Shown piece by piece: positions 17,789 to 27,631 of a stretch of DNA of 64,000 bases. Source of the DNA: Bacteroidota bacterium (GTDB lineage Bacteria; Bacteroidota; Ignavibacteria; Palsa-1295); the NCBI GenBank assembly GCA_030706745.1, contig JAUZNX010000014.1:9527-73526 (forward strand), in the 5' to 3' direction. The notes beneath the pieces are model-generated. The model saw nothing but the letters and a program-made list of their open reading frames with translations, searched no databases and was not told where the DNA came from. A program made the position numbers and the translations under genes. Numbering within the stretch: position 1 is the stretch's first letter; every line of letters starts with the position of its first letter.

Positions 17789-20700
17789 ATGAAAGCAATT
17801 GTTACGGGCTTTTGGATTCTTCTAATTCTGGCTTCGTCGCTTACAGCCCAAACGCGGTACCGTCGTGGTAACCCGACCTCCACATCCGCAAGATTAGAGT
17901 ACTATGTGGTGGATTCGGATGATGACTCCCCATTGAAACCCACATATCATTGGGTTGACACCTCTTGGGTGCGAAGTCAGAAATTTCAATGGCATCGGGT
18001 CACAGGATTCTCAAACAACGATGATGCTTCGGTATTCTTGCCGAAGACTTACGACTCTGCCTCAATATTCTATTTTCGAACGTGGGACACTATTCTGCCA
18101 CCGCCATCAAGCTATGTCGTCTCCACACCGAATGGAAACATAACGGTCAATTTGCCCGGCGGATCAATTTGTACGAATGGGACGATCTGCCTGTCTGGCA
18201 AGGATAGCTCTGCGTACAACGTCCCGATGGATGATTTCGGCGATGTCGGCAACGAACTTGTCGCGGCGCTTTGGAGTGACTGGGAATTGCTGCCTTCGGG
18301 TACCAACGCATCGAGCGTTTGGGTCCGGCCGGCAGCGGACACATTTATCGTAAGCTACTATAACCTTGGCCTGAAAGGGACCAACGGCCAGGTGCGCGCG
18401 ACGTTCCAAACACTGTTCAACGCTACTGATAGCACTATCACCTTCGAATACAAGTCATTCGACGGCTCATGGAACGGCGTTCCAGCCGCGACAATCATTC
18501 AGCGGGTCGCCACGATCGGTCTTAGTAGCGCAGGCCCGACTGGTACCAATATGGCCGTCACGTATCTTCATCGCGGCTACTACAATGCAACAAACCCAAG
18601 CAGCACGTATGCGCTTAACCTTCACAATGGGCTGGGCGTCAGGTTCGTGCACGTCCCGGTCGATGCATTCCTAGTTTCCAGCATCCTGACTCCGCCCAAG
18701 GACCATTACGAACTCACACCCGGATCTTCGTCATTCACACCGCAGTGCTCGATCCTGAATATGACGGACACGACCATTAATTTTTATGTGCGGACCGTGA
18801 TCACAAATATAACGACAGGATCGGTCTTCTATCTTAAGAATGACAGCATCCTGATTACGCAAACCCAGGCCAGCACCTACACTGCCCCTCCAACGGGCAC
18901 AGTGCCGTGTGGAAACTACAAGCTTACATTTACAATAGGTTACCCAAGTGGCGTGAGTGATGCTTGGCCTTCGAATAACACAATGACTCGGTATTTCTCG
19001 GCTCTCAATGGCCAGACGGTGCCCTTCCGCGAGGAGTTCGATGCTGGAATTTCGCCGTGCACCTGGACCAATGTTGGCGTTCAGGCCCTGAATGCGGATT
19101 CAATCATGACCGTCCCCATGCCACCGATTGCCACGGGATTGGGACCGAAGGCCGCAGTTCTCAATCGGCTCGATGGTAGTGGAAATTACTATCTGCAGAT
19201 TGGCACGGGCGGGGATACGCTAATATCCGCGCCGATCGATCTTAGTACTGCGGGAAACAACGTGTATCTCAGTTTCCATTATCAGCGTGGGCTTTCGACC
19301 GATAGCTCGAAAGCCGGGATTTTGAGCCGGCTTCGCTCAGGGCCGGAAGTTCAAGTCCGTGGCGCGCTCGGCGGGCTCCCGACACCCGGAGATTCCCTTG
19401 TGTTGGAAGGACTCCTGAAGGCCGGCAGTACCAAATGGAATCCACCGGATTCCGCGTGGAAGCTTATCACTACAATCCCCGGTGGATTTGATGTGAAAAC
19501 TCAAACCTTCATGGTCAAGCTGGATGCGGGATTTCTTAGCGATCACTTCCGGCTGCGGTTCCGTGTCAAGGCGTACAACTCGGCATCACCGGTGAACCTG
19601 CTCGAAGACGCCGATAATTGGGCCATCGATGGACTGCATGTTGAGCCATTCGTCTTTGGCAAAACAGAACTGGAACCAGTCGATGTCGATCTTGGAAATG
19701 GAAACTTCACCCATATTCCACGAGACCTATCGGACAATCTCGTCCCAAAAGTTCGCATTTTGAATCGAGGTGATGGCGTGCCGCTCGGAGCAGGTATTAT
19801 TCGCCTCGTTGTAAAAGATGCGCTTGGACGCTATGTCTACGATAAGACTCGCACATTCGATTTCAGCTACCCACTTCGCGATTCTGTATTCTCCATGCCA
19901 AACTGGGACCTTCACGGTACGCAGGGCGGAGTCCTGACCGCGATCGCGCAGCTCGAAGGTATCTATTTCGATAGCTATAACAAGAACGATACAAACGTCT
20001 TCTATAAGACGATGTACATTGACGATTCCTATGCTATCGATGACGGCGGTATCGATACGACCGGTACAGTAACGACAGCCCCATCGGAGTGGTACTACAA
20101 ATTCACCCCCGTCAGCGATGATACGCTGAAGGGTGTCTCCATGTACTACGTAAGCGGAGGCGCCTCGACGAATTGGAGTCTTACAATCTCTGGCGGAGGG
20201 CTGAACCCGGTTACGAAGAGTCTGACGTATAATCCAACTGCTGCGAACTGGTTCACGGTGACACTTACGACTCCTGTAGCCCTTGCGAAGGACTCGACCT
20301 ACACGATGCACTTTGTTTGGAATTACGGTCCAAAAACACTCGGCGGTGATGGCTCCCAGGGACTCGCATATTATACTGTTGTGGATTCCAGCGGCACGAG
20401 CAGCCAGTATGGCGTGCTCCATCCGGAAATCCTGAGCACGTTCTACTATCCGGGAGGTACTCTCCCGTATACCATACCTTATAAGACAGATGTCGATCAA
20501 GGCGGATTTCTCCTACCAATGGTCCGCCTCAAATATAGCGGCGCCTTGAACTACTTGCCGGTCGAGTTGGCCTCGCTGTCTGCGAATCGAAATACAGACG
20601 GATCGGTCTCTATCACATGGAAGACTACCAACGAAGTGAATGCCGCGCGATACGAAGTCATCCGGAGTGCGTCGACTCCTGTCGGGTCGCTATTGGCAAA

Positions 20701-21076
20701 AAATGAATTGACCGGAGCGAATTATGCCGTGATCGATCGTCTTGCGCCAGCGCTTCTTAGCACCTATCACCTCGATGAGATTGACCTGAACGGTGAGCGC
20801 CGCACATTAGGGACGGTTGAAGTTGGACCGACCGGCTTCGACGGACTTACTCTTTCCTACTTTCCCAATCCGGCATCCAATACGCTTTCAGTCGCTGGAA
20901 GCCAGATGATGGATGTCGTCGAGTTGGTCGATATGCTTGGTCGCACGGTCCAGGAGTTGAATCCTAGGTCGCAGACCGTCGACATTAACCTCACCGATGT
21001 TCCGAATGGAAGCTATTGGCTCATCGCCTCGTCCGGAGGTAAATTCGTAAGGTCGCAGATATCGGTGATCCACTGA
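17789..21076 (+). CDS. Large (~1095 aa) secreted protein with a T9SS C-terminal sorting domain
   Basis: The signal peptide MKAIVTGFWILLILASSLTAQ starts at the in-frame ATG 17789. The C-terminus LSYFPNPASNTLSVAGSQ...MLGRTV...VPNGSYWLIASSGGKFVRSQISVIH is a CTD. Confidence 0.7.
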   Translation: MKAIVTGFWILLILASSLTAQTRYRRGNPTSTSARLEYYVVDSDDDSPLKPTYHWVDTSWVRSQKFQWHRVTGFSNNDDASVFLPKTYDSASIFYFRTWDTILPPPSSYVVSTPNGNITVNLPGGSICTNGTICLSGKDSSAYNVPMDDFGDVGNELVAALWSDWELLPSGTNASSVWVRPAADTFIVSYYNLGLKGTNGQVRATFQTLFNATDSTITFEYKSFDGSWNGVPAATIIQRVATIGLSSAGPTGTNMAVTYLHRGYYNATNPSSTYALNLHNGLGVRFVHVPVDAFLVSSILTPPKDHYELTPGSSSFTPQCSILNMTDTTINFYVRTVITNITTGSVFYLKNDSILITQTQASTYTAPPTGTVPCGNYKLTFTIGYPSGVSDAWPSNNTMTRYFSALNGQTVPFREEFDAGISPCTWTNVGVQALNADSIMTVPMPPIATGLGPKAAVLNRLDGSGNYYLQIGTGGDTLISAPIDLSTAGNNVYLSFHYQRGLSTDSSKAGILSRLRSGPEVQVRGALGGLPTPGDSLVLEGLLKAGSTKWNPPDSAWKLITTIPGGFDVKTQTFMVKLDAGFLSDHFRLRFRVKAYNSASPVNLLEDADNWAIDGLHVEPFVFGKTELEPVDVDLGNGNFTHIPRDLSDNLVPKVRILNRGDGVPLGAGIIRLVVKDALGRYVYDKTRTFDFSYPLRDSVFSMPNWDLHGTQGGVLTAIAQLEGIYFDSYNKNDTNVFYKTMYIDDSYAIDDGGIDTTGTVTTAPSEWYYKFTPVSDDTLKGVSMYYVSGGASTNWSLTISGGGLNPVTKSLTYNPTAANWFTVTLTTPVALAKDSTYTMHFVWNYGPKTLGGDGSQGLAYYTVVDSSGTSSQYGVLHPEILSTFYYPGGTLPYTIPYKTDVDQGGFLLPMVRLKYSGALNYLPVELASLSANRNTDGSVSITWKTTNEVNAARYEVIRSASTPVGSLLAKNELTGANYAVIDRLAPALLSTYHLDEIDLNGERRTLGTVEVGPTGFDGLTLSYFPNPASNTLSVAGSQMMDVVELVDMLGRTVQELNPRSQTVDINLTDVPNGSYWLIASSGGKFVRSQISVIH

Positions 21077-21100
21077 CGGACCTTTTGATCGTTAATTGAA

Positions 21101-21131
21101 ATCCCCGCCTGACAACAGGCGGGGATTTTTT
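21101..21131 (+). terminator. Rho-independent terminator
   Basis: The hairpin ATCCCCGCCTG-ACAA-CAGGCGGGGAT is followed by TTTTTT. Confidence 0.65.
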
Positions 21132-21132
21132 G

Positions 21133-21204
21133 TAGCGCGTACGGGAATCGAACCCGTGTACCCGCCTTGAGAGGGCGGTATCCTAGCCGCTAGATGAACG
21201 CGCC
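21133..21204 (-). tRNA. tRNA-Glu (anticodon CUC)
   Basis: A manual cloverleaf on the minus strand gives acceptor GGCGCGT/ACGCGCT, an anticodon stem CCGCC/GGCGG with loop CTCTCAA, a T-arm ACGGG-TTCGATT-CCCGT and discriminator A, for a length of 72 nt. Confidence 0.8.
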
Positions 21205-21302
21205 GGATTTACTTCTGAGTCGATGAGTCGCGGGTAACCCGTCCCTCTGCCCTCATCGAGCGGCCATAGTACACTATGAACAGTAACTGGGTTCCAGAAC
21301 GA

Positions 21303-22901
21303 TTATCCTTGCGACGAAAAGTCCCCATCGTCTTCACGCATCAGTCGCGCGACTTCCGACCGGACAAGTTGGTCCAACTCTTCGAATGTCGCCTTGCCGG
21401 CCAAAGGAGGAAATTCCGTTTCGTACTGATGGAGCTGGGAAGGATCGAGCCGTAGCGCAACCAGCACTTCGACCGCCGCCTCATCCCGATTTCCTTCGCG
21501 GAAAAAGAGTTTGGCCCGGCCCATATGTGCGTCCGGAAACGCCGGCTCGAACGCGATCGCCGTCTCATAGGCGTTCATTGCTTCGCGATACCGTTTCGTC
21601 TCGACGAGCGTCTCGGCATAATCATACCATGCCTCGAAATCTTTCGGTGCAAGCTCGAGGACCATTCGATATGCCAGAATTGCCTCTTCGTGCCGGCCAA
21701 GATTATAGAGCGCATCCGCCTTGGCGTACCACAATTCCGAATACTTGTTGTTGATCGCCAGCGCCAGATCGTAATCCTCGAGCGCCTTGGCATGCTGGTC
21801 CATTGCATCGTAGCAGGACCCGCGGCCAAAGTAGCTCTCAGCGTGGCGTGGATCGTATTTTACGGCCTGTGAAAAACACCGGATTGCATCACGCCACCGG
21901 CGTTGCTCCTCGTAGGCATTTGCCAGGTTGTGCCAGGCGTTCACGTCCTCGGCCTCGTATTTCAGGCATTCCTTGTAGGACTCGATCGCATCATTCAGCT
22001 TGCCGATATTCGCGCAGGCATTGCCTCGGTTATACCACGCCGATGCAAAATCTTCTTTGATGGCCAGCGCCATCTCATAGCTCTCGATCGCCTTATGGTA
22101 CATTCCCATTTGGTTGAGAATGATCCCATGGTTATACCAGCCGTTATGGTTGAAAGGATCGAGGTCCAGATGACTCTCATAGGCCTGAAGCGACTTCTCA
22201 TACTGGTTCGTCGAGTCATAGCAGAAGCCAAGCTCGTAGAACGCGTCCTTCGCAAGCTCTTTCGTATCCTTAAGGTAGAGGAAGATTGCAATGGCATCAT
22301 CGTACTTCTCGGCCTTCTCGAAGCAGATGCCCTTATTGAACAGCGCCTCATCGTTAGAGGGATCGGTTGACAGCGTTCGGTCGAAGATTTCCAGGGCCTC
22401 GCGTGTACGGCCAACGGCGTCCAGGGCGATACCGTAGTTGATGAGCAATTCGTTGTCTGTCGGGTTCAACGCCAGAGCTCGCTCGTAGCTCGCCAGCGCT
22501 TGTTCGAATTTCCCGTGATGCGCCTCGAGCATGCCGCGACGATGCCAGCCATCGCCATTGAACGGCGCGCGCTCGGTAAGCAACAAAACGAAATCCAAAG
22601 CCTCGTCGAATTTCTCGTTCTCGACGCAGTAATCGACAAGCTCTTCCAGAATATCGGGGTGCAAGAATTGCCGGGTCGGACGCTCGCTGTCGTTCGTATC
22701 ATCCGAATGTCCCGCATCGCTCGATAGCTTCCGGCGCTTCTCCTCGCGATAACGCTTCAGTTCTTCCTCAAAATATTTTCTGCGGCGCTCGGCAGCGGAC
22801 GAGGCTTCATCGCGAGACCCGGAGCTTCCACCGCTTCCCTCGCCGCCAAACTCGTCCTCGCCTTCAAACGGGAAGGCTCCGAAATCGTCGAATACGTTCA
22901 T
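21303..22901 (-). CDS. Tetratricopeptide (TPR) repeat protein with an acidic disordered N-terminus
   Basis: About 12 tandem 34-aa TPR units are present (AWYNRGNACANIGKLNDAIESYKECLKYEAED and similar). Confidence 0.8.
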   Translation of the reverse strand: MNVFDDFGAFPFEGEDEFGGEGSGGSSGSRDEASSAAERRRKYFEEELKRYREEKRRKLSSDAGHSDDTNDSERPTRQFLHPDILEELVDYCVENEKFDEALDFVLLLTERAPFNGDGWHRRGMLEAHHGKFEQALASYERALALNPTDNELLINYGIALDAVGRTREALEIFDRTLSTDPSNDEALFNKGICFEKAEKYDDAIAIFLYLKDTKELAKDAFYELGFCYDSTNQYEKSLQAYESHLDLDPFNHNGWYNHGIILNQMGMYHKAIESYEMALAIKEDFASAWYNRGNACANIGKLNDAIESYKECLKYEAEDVNAWHNLANAYEEQRRWRDAIRCFSQAVKYDPRHAESYFGRGSCYDAMDQHAKALEDYDLALAINNKYSELWYAKADALYNLGRHEEAILAYRMVLELAPKDFEAWYDYAETLVETKRYREAMNAYETAIAFEPAFPDAHMGRAKLFFREGNRDEAAVEVLVALRLDPSQLHQYETEFPPLAGKATFEELDQLVRSEVARLMREDDGDFSSQG

Positions 22902-23557
22902 TTATCAAGTCCTAGCAAACCACTGCGCCGCGAGGCGCGACCTCACCAAAAGCAACACAGGTGTGGATGGAATGCTCCCTGTTGCCCATAGTATACTCTC
23001 AAATTGCCCTAAAGTCAAGCCTTCGAATTCGATTGTGGATAACTCTCGAATCCATTGAAATGGGAATTGACTAATACGAATACCATTTCTGTCGTACGTT
23101 TCTTTTGGCATGGTAGGATAATGGGAGCGCAAGCGTTTGTGCTTCATGAAGAATGTCCTCCCAATTCTCTAATCGCCATTCCTTCAATTCTTCAAATCTA
23201 GTCTTGAGCCTGACATTTTGTCATTCCACCACCTCAATTTGGGAGCCAAGCGCTTTCCGTTAGCTTGGTGCCTATCAATCTCAGGGTTAATATACGATAC
23301 GATGATGGGATTTGCTACGCACATTCCTCAAGAATGCGATTTTGTTGATCGTATCTCTCGGCGTTTCTGCCCTAATCAGCAATGCCCGATGTGGTCATGG
23401 CTTCCCCCATCGGCGGAGTCACCGTCGGATAATATGCCTAGCCGCACTGGGGCCGACCCCCGGCAGGAGATTATTCGGTAATCACCTTTCGCTATCCCGT
23501 GAACCGGACTTTTTATCCGTCGTAGCCAGTTGGTACGAATACACCCTACTGATCCTG

Positions 23558-24118
23558 ATGAAGCTCTACATAAAATATATGGTCAGCATCCGCTGCAAAC
23601 TTATGGTAAAGGCCGAGTTAGAACGACTCGGCCTTCATCATACGATTGTGGAATTGGGCGAAGTTGAAATCAGCGACATCATTACCCAGCCACAGCGCGT
23701 GGATCTGGCGCTTGCCCTCAAACGCTCCGGGCTGGAATTAATGGACGACAAGAAGGCAATTCTTATCGAGCGGATCAAGAATGTCATAATCGAGTCAATC
23801 CATTATGCGGATGAGGCCCTGAAGGTGAATTTTTCCGAGCACTTGACGCAAAAACTGAATTACGACTACACCTACCTCGCCAATTTGTTTTCTGAAGTCG
23901 AAGGCACGACGATCGAACACTTCATCATCAAACATAAGATCGAACGCGTTAAGGAGTTGCTCGTCTATGATGAACTCTCACTCACCGAAATCGCATACAA
24001 GCTCCATTATAGCAGCGTTGCACATCTTTCGAATCAATTCAAGAAAGTGACCGGCCTGACACCGACCTTTTTCAAGAAAATCAAGCATAAACGATTGGGT
24101 GGTCTCGAGAATGTGTGA
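23558..24118 (+). CDS. Short AraC-family transcriptional regulator (Bacteroidota-type, ~186 aa, MKLYIKYMVSIRCK... N-terminus plus a C-terminal AraC HTH)
   Basis: The C-terminal region LSLTEIAYKLHYSSVAHLSNQFKKVTGLTPTFFKK fits an AraC HTH. The in-frame ATG is at 23558. The stop TGA lies inside the first copy of the repeated cis element. Confidence 0.7.
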   Translation: MKLYIKYMVSIRCKLMVKAELERLGLHHTIVELGEVEISDIITQPQRVDLALALKRSGLELMDDKKAILIERIKNVIIESIHYADEALKVNFSEHLTQKLNYDYTYLANLFSEVEGTTIEHFIIKHKIERVKELLVYDELSLTEIAYKLHYSSVAHLSNQFKKVTGLTPTFFKKIKHKRLGGLENV

Positions 24119-24149
24119 ATGATGTAATAGATTGCTGAAGTTATGTAAT
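24110..24149 (+). promoter_or_regulatory. Conserved 40-bp cis element, copy 1 (AATGTGTGAATGATGTAAT-N15-TGTAAT), 34 bp upstream of the YceI gene
   Basis: Four same-orientation copies share the identical 18-nt core AATGTGTGAATGATGTAA. The TGTAAY second box sits at a fixed +35 offset. Confidence 0.6.
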
Positions 24150-24182
24150 GCTTTTTGATTTTGTTTGTCGTAGATTTGCCCT

Positions 24183-24791
24183 ATGATAAGCGCCCGACAA
24201 AGAAAGCTTGGACAACACATCGCATTTAGCCTCATCCTGACGCTTTCGCTTGCATTTCCACATGTTTTATTCTCGCAGTCAAGCTACAAAGTCGATGGTG
24301 TATCCGAGATCGATTTGAAAGGGACATCGACCCTCCGCGATTGGACAATGATGGCGCATTCTTTCACCGGTTCCGCCCTCTTTACGTTTGCCCCAGATCA
24401 TCAGTTGAGTTCAGTCACAGAGTTTTCGCTGCGCCTGCCAGTCCACAATCTTCGAAGCGAGAGTGCTGAAACGCAAAAGAACGCATACAAAGCCTTGAAG
24501 GATGATCGATACAAAGACATTGTATTCGATCTCACGTCTGCTCAATTCATCCAAAGTGGGCTCGCAAATTACCTGATTCTGCTGCACGGACACTTGACGA
24601 TTGCTGGAGTCACACAGCCCACAACGCTCAAACTTTCTGCGGCGATCAATGAGGACGGCACCATCCTTTGCAGCGGATCGATGCCGGTTTTGTTGTCCGA
24701 CTATGACATCGCACGGCCATCCTTTCTCCTTGGAGCGATGAAGATTGGAGATGTTCTGACGCTCACCTATCGGCTCCTGCTGGTACAATGA
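24183..24791 (+). CDS. YceI-like periplasmic (polyisoprenoid-binding) protein
   Basis: There is a signal peptide and a YceI-like beta-barrel sequence (IDLKGTSTLRDWTM...LKLSAAI). Confidence 0.75.
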   Translation: MISARQRKLGQHIAFSLILTLSLAFPHVLFSQSSYKVDGVSEIDLKGTSTLRDWTMMAHSFTGSALFTFAPDHQLSSVTEFSLRLPVHNLRSESAETQKNAYKALKDDRYKDIVFDLTSAQFIQSGLANYLILLHGHLTIAGVTQPTTLKLSAAINEDGTILCSGSMPVLLSDYDIARPSFLLGAMKIGDVLTLTYRLLLVQ

Positions 24792-24826
24792 TGCCCGTAA
24801 CGACATGATAGCGGTATTCCAACGGT

Positions 24827-24866
24827 AATGTGTGAATGATGTAACATATTGTAGGATTTGTGTAAC
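24827..24866 (+). promoter_or_regulatory. Conserved 40-bp cis element, copy 2
   Basis: The sequence is AATGTGTGAATGATGTAACATATTGTAGGATTTGTGTAAC. It sits ~80-115 bp upstream of the 24948/24981 start. Confidence 0.6.
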
Positions 24867-24947
24867 GCATTTACCATTCGCATTCCGTACCTTTGTAAGC
24901 TCTTCGAATCGTTCGCCGCGAACATGTTGTAGTATTGAATATTTGTT

Positions 24948-26624
24948 GTGGGCGGATGGATTGCCGAAGAAGCACACACAATGACCAGAAGAACCATCAT
25001 CCGGCGACTGCTTTATACACTCGGCTCACTCGCGATCATTCTTTCGCTTGCCACTTGGATTTTTCTCTCATTCTATTTCGAGAAAACACTCAACACTGTC
25101 GTCGTCCCCAAACTCGAACAAGCGACATTCAAGGCGACGCATGGCCGGTTTACCCTGACACTCGATAAGATTTCCTACGCCCATGGGCGGCTGGTCTGCA
25201 ATACATTCATCCTCACGCGAGTGGCGTACGCAGGCGGCGAGCATGGATTGGTACTCGGTCATATGACGCTCGATAGCGCTCGATTCGAAGGAATCAGTTG
25301 GTGGGACGTGCTATGGGGAAATGATTTGGCGCTGACGAGTCTGCAACTCGACGCTCCCCGCGCGTACATGACCAATGCCGATTCCGATATCGTTCTTCCA
25401 CGCATACAGCCTGCAGCTTCGGCTCCTTCCATCTCGAAGATTTCACTCATTTCCTTTGATAGCGTTGTCTTGCGAAATGCCGACGTGTATCTTCCTCAAC
25501 GTGCCGGTAACGCCAGCGAACCAGCCTATCGCAACATCACAGTCTGGCTCACAGATTTTTCGCTCGATCCAAGTCACAAGGTGGTCATTCCCAGTTTATT
25601 TTCCGGCCACGTCGAGTTTAACTTCCCAGGAGGAGACTATCCTATCGGCGATAGCACTTACTCGATCCATGTTCGTGGGATTCACGGGAGTCTGACCGAT
25701 TCTCTCGTCACGATCGATAGCCTGTCCTATCTGCCGAATTACAACGAGCAGGCATTCGCCGATTTACACAAGTACTTTCAGGACCGGTTAGAGTATCGGT
25801 GCAATGGGATTCGCGTTCGCGGAATAGATTTCAGCAAGCTCATGGGATCGGCTGGCCTGTTTGTTCGATTGTTCGAAGTAACCTCCTGGTCGGTTGACTA
25901 CTACGGAGACATGCGAAAAGCGCACAACCCACATCCTGTCGTTGCAGTATTGCCTCACACGATCGTGAATGGAATCACGTCTGCTATCACAATCGACTCA
26001 ATTGTGATGAACAATGGCCACATTCAACATCGAGAGCGCATCGCCGGAAGCACGCACGCAAGTCTGCTGACATTCACGCACGCGCGAGTAACCGCGCATC
26101 CATTCAGTACGGATCACTCCAGCACCTACTATAAGGCGCCGCTGCAAATCAGCGTAAGTGCCCTGTTTCTCGATCAGGCGCGCGTACTGGGTACGATCAT
26201 CTACCCTATTCACGATAGATCATTTAATCTTCATGTCGATGCGACAGTCAGTGCATTCGATTTGACTCGATTAAACTCATACCTGATCTCCAACGAGCGC
26301 AAAGAGATTACCAGTGGGAAGTGTCTTGCCAGCACGCTTTCCATGGATGTTCGATCTGGAACCGCAACCACCACGGTCTGCCCGCGGTATTCGGATGTCT
26401 CGATGAGAGTGCTGGCAACGAATGTGAAAGAGAAACGGGGCTTCATGGAGGGACTAAAGTCCTTCATCGCCAATACCTTTGTGCTTCGAACAAACAATGT
26501 GGACGACGGGAGTTCGAAGGCATTCTCGGGCACCACTACCTACGTTCGGCAGAATACACAAGAGTTTTTCGAGTTTATTTGGCTTGCATTGCGCAAGTCT
26601 ATTCAGAAGGTTGTTGGCTTCTAA
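24948..26624 (+). CDS. Membrane-anchored AsmA/DUF748-like protein (N-terminal TM, then a long beta-rich periplasmic region). An alternative start is 24981.
   Basis: It has a single N-terminal TM (LLYTLGSLAIILSLATWIFLSF), a C-terminal ...EFFEFIWLALRKSIQKVVGF, and no enzymatic motifs. Confidence 0.45.
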   Translation: MGGWIAEEAHTMTRRTIIRRLLYTLGSLAIILSLATWIFLSFYFEKTLNTVVVPKLEQATFKATHGRFTLTLDKISYAHGRLVCNTFILTRVAYAGGEHGLVLGHMTLDSARFEGISWWDVLWGNDLALTSLQLDAPRAYMTNADSDIVLPRIQPAASAPSISKISLISFDSVVLRNADVYLPQRAGNASEPAYRNITVWLTDFSLDPSHKVVIPSLFSGHVEFNFPGGDYPIGDSTYSIHVRGIHGSLTDSLVTIDSLSYLPNYNEQAFADLHKYFQDRLEYRCNGIRVRGIDFSKLMGSAGLFVRLFEVTSWSVDYYGDMRKAHNPHPVVAVLPHTIVNGITSAITIDSIVMNNGHIQHRERIAGSTHASLLTFTHARVTAHPFSTDHSSTYYKAPLQISVSALFLDQARVLGTIIYPIHDRSFNLHVDATVSAFDLTRLNSYLISNERKEITSGKCLASTLSMDVRSGTATTTVCPRYSDVSMRVLATNVKEKRGFMEGLKSFIANTFVLRTNNVDDGSSKAFSGTTTYVRQNTQEFFEFIWLALRKSIQKVVGF

Positions 26625-26653
26625 CGTCCTAAACTACCCTTCGAAAGGATCCA

Positions 26654-26881
26654 ATGGAAACATACCAAAAAACTACCGCGAGCGATGCCGCTGAGCAAGT
26701 GCTTCTCGATGACGAGCCGTATGCAAAACGAAATGCATTCTCCACGTATCGAAGCCGGGCGTTTGAAACCCGCTATGGCATGGAAGTCCCACGGCCCGGC
26801 GAGCGTGAGGATCGCCCGCTCCTGCCTGGTGCAATCGAGTGCGCAGATCCATCCATTAATGATGCCGAACTGAATTGGTGA
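26654..26881 (+). CDS. Small hypothetical protein (75 aa)
   Basis: This ORF sits immediately downstream of the DUF748-like gene. No motifs were found. Confidence 0.3.
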   Translation: METYQKTTASDAAEQVLLDDEPYAKRNAFSTYRSRAFETRYGMEVPRPGEREDRPLLPGAIECADPSINDAELNW

Positions 26882-26917
26882 TGTCGCACTACCAACATTC
26901 GATCAGCCAGAAAGAGC

Positions 26918-26957
26918 AATGTGTGAATGATGTAACACCTTCCTAAAGTTATGTAAT
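26918..26957 (+). promoter_or_regulatory. Conserved 40-bp cis element, copy 3
   Basis: The sequence is AATGTGTGAATGATGTAACACCTTCCTAAAGTTATGTAAT. It sits ~145 bp upstream of the Ser/Thr-rich ORF. Confidence 0.6.
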
Positions 26958-27100
26958 AGTTTTCGACGAATAGTTTCATATCTTTGCAGCGTAGACGAGA
27001 CTCCGGGTTTAACGGCATACATTTATGTCGAACCCATCTCACTGCATCGTCACTTAGAATGCATAATAATGTGTGTTCTTCTATTTATAGAAATATCACA

Positions 27101-27529
27101 ATGAGTAATTCAACGTCAACCCCAATTGTCGATTCCGCATCAGGATTATCCGGCCAGGCCTCTTCAACACCGGGCAGCACGCCGGCCAAATCACCGATAG
27201 GCAGCTCGACATCCACGCCTTCCAGCAGCTCGACATCCACACCTGCCAGCACCTCGACGTCCATGCCTGTCGGCAGCTCACCATCGAAGTCGGTCAGCAC
27301 GTCCCAGAGCCAGCCCTCCGGCAATTCGAATTCACAGCATTCCAGTACTTCGACCTCGAAGCCGGTCAGTACCTCTTCGACAACTTCAGATTCGCGCACA
27401 CAGTCTGGCTTTCAGACGGGCTCCGATTCGCGTCCGACGACAACACCATCTGCAGTTGGCGGCGACCAGCGCAGTGAGTCATCGAGCAATGACGTCGTAA
27501 AGCACAATAAAGTTATTACTGCCGCCTAA
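27101..27529 (+). CDS. Ser/Thr/Pro-rich low-complexity (intrinsically disordered) protein with 24-bp in-frame tandem repeats (SSTSTP units) and no signal peptide
   Basis: The product begins MSNSTSTPIVDSASGLSGQASSTPGSTPAKSPIGSSTSTPSSSSTSTPASTSTS... The DNA repeat cagctcgacatccacNccNNccag occurs x3.5 at 27199-27290. Strand choice is supported by the upstream cis element. Confidence 0.45.
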   Translation: MSNSTSTPIVDSASGLSGQASSTPGSTPAKSPIGSSTSTPSSSSTSTPASTSTSMPVGSSPSKSVSTSQSQPSGNSNSQHSSTSTSKPVSTSSTTSDSRTQSGFQTGSDSRPTTTPSAVGGDQRSESSSNDVVKHNKVITAA

Positions 27530-27631
27530 GCTCCACGTACCGAGCGACCCATGGATGATGTGACCTCTTCTCAAAGCCATGTTGCACATTCATATACGTA
27601 TATACGTATTTCGTTCGCTCGGACCTTGACA

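Noticed and set aside
21205-21300. Second structured RNA next to tRNA-Glu
   Set aside because: No cloverleaf or other recognisable fold could be built by hand. The region is most likely the tRNA promoter or the 3' UTR of the TPR gene.
22905-23481. ORFs 22905-23147(-) and 23218-23481(+) as genes
   Set aside because: They have no start context, are composition-atypical, lie in an AT-rich intergenic region, and encode no recognisable motifs.
27085-27399. Minus-strand ORFs opposite the Ser/Thr-rich gene (VEVLEG... repeats)
   Set aside because: They are a mirror image of the same 24-bp repeats. The + strand is preferred because the conserved cis element and an ATG with an upstream AT-rich leader sit on that side. 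This remains uncertain.
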